Shown here in pieces: positions 59,001-64,000 of a stretch of DNA of 64,000 nucleotides. A model generated the notes under the pieces. That model was not told the origin of the DNA, did not search any database, and saw nothing but the letters and a program-made list of their open reading frames with translations. Source of the stretch: Hormiphora californensis (Eukaryota > Animalia > Ctenophora); assembly GCA_020137815.1 (NCBI GenBank), contig CM035350.1:2480001-2544000 (forward strand), written 5' to 3'. The position numbers were made by a program, and so were the translations under genes. Position 1 is the stretch's first letter; every line of letters starts with the position of its first letter.

Positions 59001-60008
59001 AAAACGCGATGGAATGTGCTGAATGGACCAGGCCTTCTCCTGGAATTCATTACAAGATGGAGAGCGTTCTGTCAGGATAACATTATGGAAACACGTCTAA
59101 CGACTGCCATTGAGAAGAAAGTGCAGGGGAACGGTTTCATGTTTCATCCTCACATGCTGCTTGCGTCGGGAGGTATGTGCTAGATATTTTAATCCCAAAC
59201 TGATGGGGAATCAGTGATTATCCCAACCACTTGTGTGAAAGAGAGCAAAATAGTGCCCCATGGCTTCGTTACTAACGAAGCCATGGGGCACTATTTTGCT
59301 CTGTCGTCTGATATGTTTTACCGGTACTGTTGCCAGGGGGTGGTAGATTTACCGAGAAACACCCGCCATTTATCAAAACTGGGGGGGGGGACCTTTATTT
59401 TACCCAATACAAGTTTCTAAATGTTAACTTTTGCAGTTCAATTCCAAGGCGGATACTCCACTCCAGATTTCAATGCAAGATGGCATCTCCCGTTGATAAA
59501 CACCAAAGCAACTTCAATTGAGGACGTTATACAAACATCTGTTATTGATGTAAGTGTTAACTTTTATAGAACCAGCTTCACTTGTGCTATTTTCCGGGCT
59601 CCAATATACCGGAACCCTGATTTACAGGGAGGATAATCTTCCCCCGATATAGGAAATTAACATTAATTGTTGACCCCGATTTATCAGGCAAATTTTGCCT
59701 GGCATAACCCCTTCCCCCGAGCATGCCGGTAAAACTGTAGTTTTGTTGAGAACAAGTCACTAAATATATTTCTCCCTCAGGGTATCCTGCATTACAAAGT
59801 GCAACCGCTGAAAGAGTTAAAAGGAAACTACTGGAAACCGGTCACCACACCCCCACAGGGAGATTGGACCATGCTCCCCTGCCACGCTCAGTCGACTGAG
59901 TATTTCGTGGCCTTGACGAGCAAGGTTGTTAAACAATGCAGTGGCCACCTGCGGCAAATTGGCACAGTACTGATGATAAATGAAGATCGACGAAAGGGAA
60001 GAGAATAG
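56043..60008 (+). CDS. Spliced hAT-like DDE transposase, at least 14 exons, roughly 650 aa, 5' end unresolved
   Basis: GT-AG joins keep the frame through LSWDGGEDET (D1), VLSDGENANTG (D2), RPLLRVVCLLHTTE (CxxH), TVRWTSTAQRALRLY (RW), NGFMFHPH and LPCHAQSTEYFV (E), to the stop at 60008. Confidence 0.8.
56085..56697 (+). repeat. 204-bp tandem repeat x3, each unit one 105-bp exon plus one 99-bp intron
   Basis: Donors AAG|GTTTCT at 56157, 56361 and 56565; acceptors TTTCCTATCAG| ending at 56255, 56459 and 56663. Confidence 0.85.
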
Positions 60009-61212
60009 AGAGTTAGAGATTTGCTTCGGGGAACCAAGAGAAGGGTTGTGTGGAAGATGTAGACTTTCGAGACAAGTGAGCAGAGAGAGGGAGTATGAGA
60101 GTATGAAGGTGTGTGGGTAATTGATTATAATTTATTGTTCTTGTTAGAGATTTGAGACAACCAGATTTTTTTAATTTCTTTTGTTTGTAACTACATTTTG
60201 TAACTACATTTTGATTTCAATTTCCAGCTCGCAAAATAATTTAACTTGCGATCTCTAAAATCTGACTGTTTCAATTTGAATTGATTTAAAATGTCATTAA
60301 ATTTCCATAGCAACTATTGCAGATGTTTTCATCTCTGCACGTGCAAATTCTTTCTCTCTCTCTCATTCGGTTTCCAGACATTTATTTACCCCCACTTTGA
60401 TAAAGTACAACTCAAGTCACCCCATCACTGATTCATTCTTCATATTAAAGCCAAGCTGCAGACTGTTCGTGATCTTGAAAGGAATCTCAGCAAGATCTTT
60501 CAGCAATTCTCCCTCATAGAGTCTCTCACAACACTCGCGCCCAAATATCGGTCAACTCTTCTCGCGTTCCCCGGTTTCTCCACCTGCCGAATGCGCGTTT
60601 TATATACAAAGGCCCATATTGTGAGCATGAGTGGTGCGCGGCACCCTCCAAGCTCCCGCGCTTGTCACGTGGCGTCTTCCGTTGCATCCCACTGGCTGCC
60701 GCCCCTCTCACCACGCCAACGTAATTGGCTAATGATATGGGTTCATTCTTTTTATTTACTAGTTAAGTAGCATATCAGGAGCCAATTTAGCTAGATACTG
60801 GATTTATATTTCAATTTCAAGTCGATTTGGCAAAAATAGCGCACCCTAGTGTGCACTGTGCACTGTGCAGTGTGATAGTACCGAAATGCTCAGTGACTTG
60901 CTGCTGCTGTGCTCTGATGCTCGCGGCGCTACCCAAATTGTTAACAACTGCATCCTCAAAACTTTAGACGTCACGCGCGATAATTCTTTGCGGGGTGAAA
61001 GCAAAGCGTGGGAAAACAGGGCGCGGCGTGGGAAATGTTCCCACGGTGCGTGGGAATTACCGTAAGAGCTTCCACTATTAAGGCATTTATATTGATCGAT
61101 CGAGTCCGCGCGCGTAGCGTTGCGTCGTCAGAGGGCATTTTTTAGCGCGTTACATTTAATAAGTTTTTTTTATACATTTAATAAGCACATAATCACGTGC
61201 ACTCGTTACGTG

Positions 61213-61485
61213 GGGCGCGATTATAATCTGGGTGCCTTGCAGCCTGTTTACAGGTGCGCGCTACCAAAAGAGTACACTTAGACCGACTTTTTTCAAACGG
61301 CTATAGCCACGCAACCACATGGCAAATTTGAGTAAACTAAACGGTATCTGTTAGAGAATCGATAGCCCTAACCGATAACCCCAAACCAAACCCTAACCAG
61401 ACCCTAACGGATAGCCCTAACCCGTCGCGCGCGCCAAAACTACGAATTGTAAGCAATGGAAGGCACCCAGATTTTAACGTTTTCC
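61213..61485. mobile_element. 9-bp-TSD MITE with telomere-like interior
   Basis: CGTTACGTG|GGGCGCGATTATAATCTGGGTGCC ... GGCACCCAGATTTTAACGTTTTCC|CGTTACGTG. An approximately empty site is visible at ~32662. Confidence 0.85.
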
Positions 61486-61533
61486 CGTTACGTGACTCGA
61501 TAACAAAAATATTTTTTGTCGTTCAAAATTTAC

Positions 61534-61770
61534 GGTCAGCGTGTTTTGGGAGTGCTGACAAACGGTTTTTTAGGGTTAGGGCTAAAGTAGGGTTAGGGTT
61601 AGGGTTGGGGTTTGGGTTGGGGTTAGGCCTTGACATTCCCTACCAGATAAACTTTGAATCAGCCAAAACGGTTGAGTGGTTTGGCGGTTAGAGCCATTTT
61701 AGTGAATCAACTTTTTTGGCAGCGCGCACCTGTAAACAGGCCTCCAAACACCCAGATCGTAACGGCGCCC
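61534..61770. mobile_element. Related 9-bp-TSD MITE containing TTAGGG repeats
   Basis: AAAATTTAC|GGTCAGCG ... CACCCAGATCGTAACGGCGCCC|AAAATTTAC. It shares GCGCGCACCTGTAAACAGGC with the neighbouring MITE family. Confidence 0.8.
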
Positions 61771-61779
61771 AAAATTTAC

Positions 61780-62589
61780 AACCAGGCTATCACTAAGAAA
61801 CTCTGTCGTCACATTCTCCAGTTAGGGAAGGAAATAGGGAATGAGAAACGATTGTGTGAAACTAAGATGAAGAACTATGAAAGTGCTAGAACGAAAGAAC
61901 GCCTGCAACTGGAGGACTGTAATAGGAAACTGGAGGAGGTACAGAAAGAACTTAGCACGTTCAAAGAAGAAGTCGACAAGCATCGGGTAGCAAGGATTGC
62001 ATTGCAAGGGAAGCTGATAGAAGCACAAAATAGTTTGATTGAAGTACAAAAAGGTGAAAACAACTCGATGTCAGAGTCTGTCCAAAAGCAGTTGCATGAC
62101 TACTCCAAGGTCCTTGTACAGAATTGTTCAGCTGCTATTGCTCCATCTCGCCTGAAGGAAGCATGGAAGAAGGCGACAGTTTCCTCTCCACCAACTGAAA
62201 GAACAACTCCGGATAGAAAGCTGAACTTGGTTATATTTGGGCTCCCAGAAACCACTGCCAGGGCTACTAATCATGAAGTTCAGGATATCTTTGCTGAGCT
62301 AAATGAGAAACCTGTCGTGACCTCCACAAAGCGGGTTGGCCTAAGGACTGATGACCGAGCGAGACCTGTTATCGTCACCCTTGAAAGAAGGGAATCCTTG
62401 CTGCAGCTTCTTCGGAAAGCAAAGCAGCTGCAGAGTTCAGAGAAGTTTTCATCCGTTTTTCTCTCTCCCGACCTATCACCAGACGAACAGCGAGAGCGGA
62501 AATCTCTTGTTGATACTCTGAAAGAACTAAAACGAGATAATCCGAATGGACGTTATTGGATTAGTAAGGGGGTCATTAAATGTGGCTAA
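61780..62589 (+). mobile_element. LINE ORF1-like coding remnant (coiled coil plus RRM-like region); frameshifted duplicate at ~47700-48510
   Basis: A heptad-rich region followed by RKLNLVIFGLPE...RVG...RPVIVTL...VFLSPDLSPDEQRERK, typical of L1-type ORF1 in CR1/L2 elements. No ORF2 follows. Confidence 0.7.
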
Positions 62590-62800
62590 GTGAACTCTAA
62601 CCATTGAATTTTAAATCGAAAGGACTATCCAAATTGCCCACAAAAAGGGGCGTATATGTTGAGTTAATGCAATGTATACATTTTTAGATTTAATAATAAA
62701 AATAATTAAACTTAAAATTAATAATCGGGCACCGTTACGAACTCCCTTTGAGCCCCATGCATTTTTTCCTGCACAAAATAATTTCAACAAGTCCTGTAGG

Positions 62801-63425
62801 ATGAATCTTTTAAAACAAGCCACCAAAATCGTTTGTGTGGGCCGAAACTATGCAAAACACGCTAAGGAGCTTGGCAATGCCCTTCCAAGCACGCCGATAA
62901 TCTTCACAAAACCTACAACATGTTTTGTGGAGGACGGTGGTAGTGTTCTCTACCCTGATATATCAAGTGACCTTCACTACGAGGTAGAGCTGGGCGTGGT
63001 CATTGGGAAGACATTGTCCAAAGTTCCAGCCTCCGAGGTCTGTCACATGTTGCGGGGTATGCTATTGCTATTGATGTTACCTGTAGAATATCCAGGAACA
63101 ATGTAAAGCAGAACGAACACCATGGACAATGGCGAAATGCCTTGATACCTTCTGCCCGATCGGTCCCCTCGTTTCTCCTGACAAGATAGATGCTGCCAAT
63201 ACGGAGATAACTCTGAAACAGAACAGTGCTGAGACAACACGGGAACCGGCCGACATGATATTTTCATTACCAACTTTGTTGGAGTATGTAGCTGCTCATA
63301 TTACCCTTCTGCCCGGAGATGTGCTATTGACCGGAACACCCGAGGGTGTCGGACCGTTAGCCAGGGGAGATGTTTTGGAGGTGGCCGTACCCGGTATCAC
63401 GCAGGCGACCTTTCATGTGAAGTAA
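62801..63425 (+). pseudogene. FAHD1: FAHD1 copy 2: full extent with native C-terminus, but several small deletions (pseudogene or read error)
   Basis: Near-identical to 36571-37158 and continues AVPGITQATFHVK*. Deletions near 63040, 63088 and 63225-63248 break the frame. Confidence 0.75.
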
Positions 63426-64000
63426 CTTGAGACCATTATATTTGTATTGAGTATTATTTTCTTTGTACTGTGTGTTTATCATTTCCTGCAAATCACTCAT
63501 TTCTGAGCCTTGTTTATATAAGACAAAATGTTACGAGAGGTGATAGTACACGAACAACGGTTTATGGTGCCAGAGCGGTACCAGGATTGCTCATACCTTG
63601 GGCATGGTTCTTATGGGTGTGTCATGTAAGTCATTGGTATGGAATTATTATTTCAACATTCAGTAAACCCGAAATAAATCTATGTAACGATGCATAGATT
63701 CCTGAACAATTTTGTTCTGTATTTCAGAAAGGCACGTGAGACAGGATGGTCGAGATGTTGCTATAAAGAGGCTCCTGGAGCCATTTAAGCGAAGTGTTTC
63801 TGCTAAACGGGCCTACAGGGAACTAGTCCTTTTAGCCTACTGCCATCATCCTAGCGTGAGTAATACGGGGGTCAAATACTGTTAATTTCCCATTATATCG
63901 GGGGACGTTTATCGTCCCGGTAAATCGGGGTCCGACTGTATTTGTGAATAGCACAGCCTCCAATGGCTCACCAGTCACCAACTGAAAACTTTCATCTCAC

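Larger units (their letters stand above)
52962..60848 (+). mobile_element. 7.9-kb hAT-superfamily (hATm-like) DNA transposon with 8-bp TSD GTGTGCAC
   Basis: GTGTGCAC at 52954-52961 and 60849-60856, TAG...CTA termini with a short imperfect TIR, and an internal spliced DDE transposase. Confidence 0.8.
51491..62734. repeat. ~11-kb duplicated segment, copy 2 (better preserved)
   Basis: Colinear with 37603-48648. Confidence 0.93.

Noticed and set aside
61570-61626. TTAGGG repeats as a telomere or fusion scar
   Set aside because: Short, degenerate and internal to a TSD-flanked MITE.
61654-61779. N-terminus of the 311-aa ORF
   Set aside because: It runs through MITE sequence from a TTG start and is not part of the ORF1-like protein.

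Overview
Eukaryotic (animal) genomic DNA with short GT-AG introns, many (AG)n microsatellites, one 100-N gap and frequent 1-bp indels that look like long-read errors. Gene content and style suggest a ctenophore-like, non-bilaterian animal; this is inference only. From left to right: a GAS2-like calponin-homology gene (-) and a divergent Wnt gene of at least 7 exons (+). Then a co-oriented minus-strand run: Rab2, an atypical Rab, eIF5A (two copies in a 2.9-kb tandem duplication), METTL6, a four-CX9C protein, ubiquilin and an intronless PSMC6/Rpt4. Nearly all of these genes have a splice acceptor a few nt before the ATG, and several are only 130-200 bp apart, which suggests operons resolved by spliced-leader trans-splicing. 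The right half is dominated by transposable elements: an L2-clade LINE inside a palindromic MITE, two FAHD1 copies, and an ~11-kb segment present twice. That segment carries a 7.9-kb hAT-like element (8-bp TSD) whose transposase is split by at least 13 introns and reads through in one copy, plus RTE and ORF1 remnants and 9-bp-TSD MITEs with telomere-like repeats. All exon models were read by eye.
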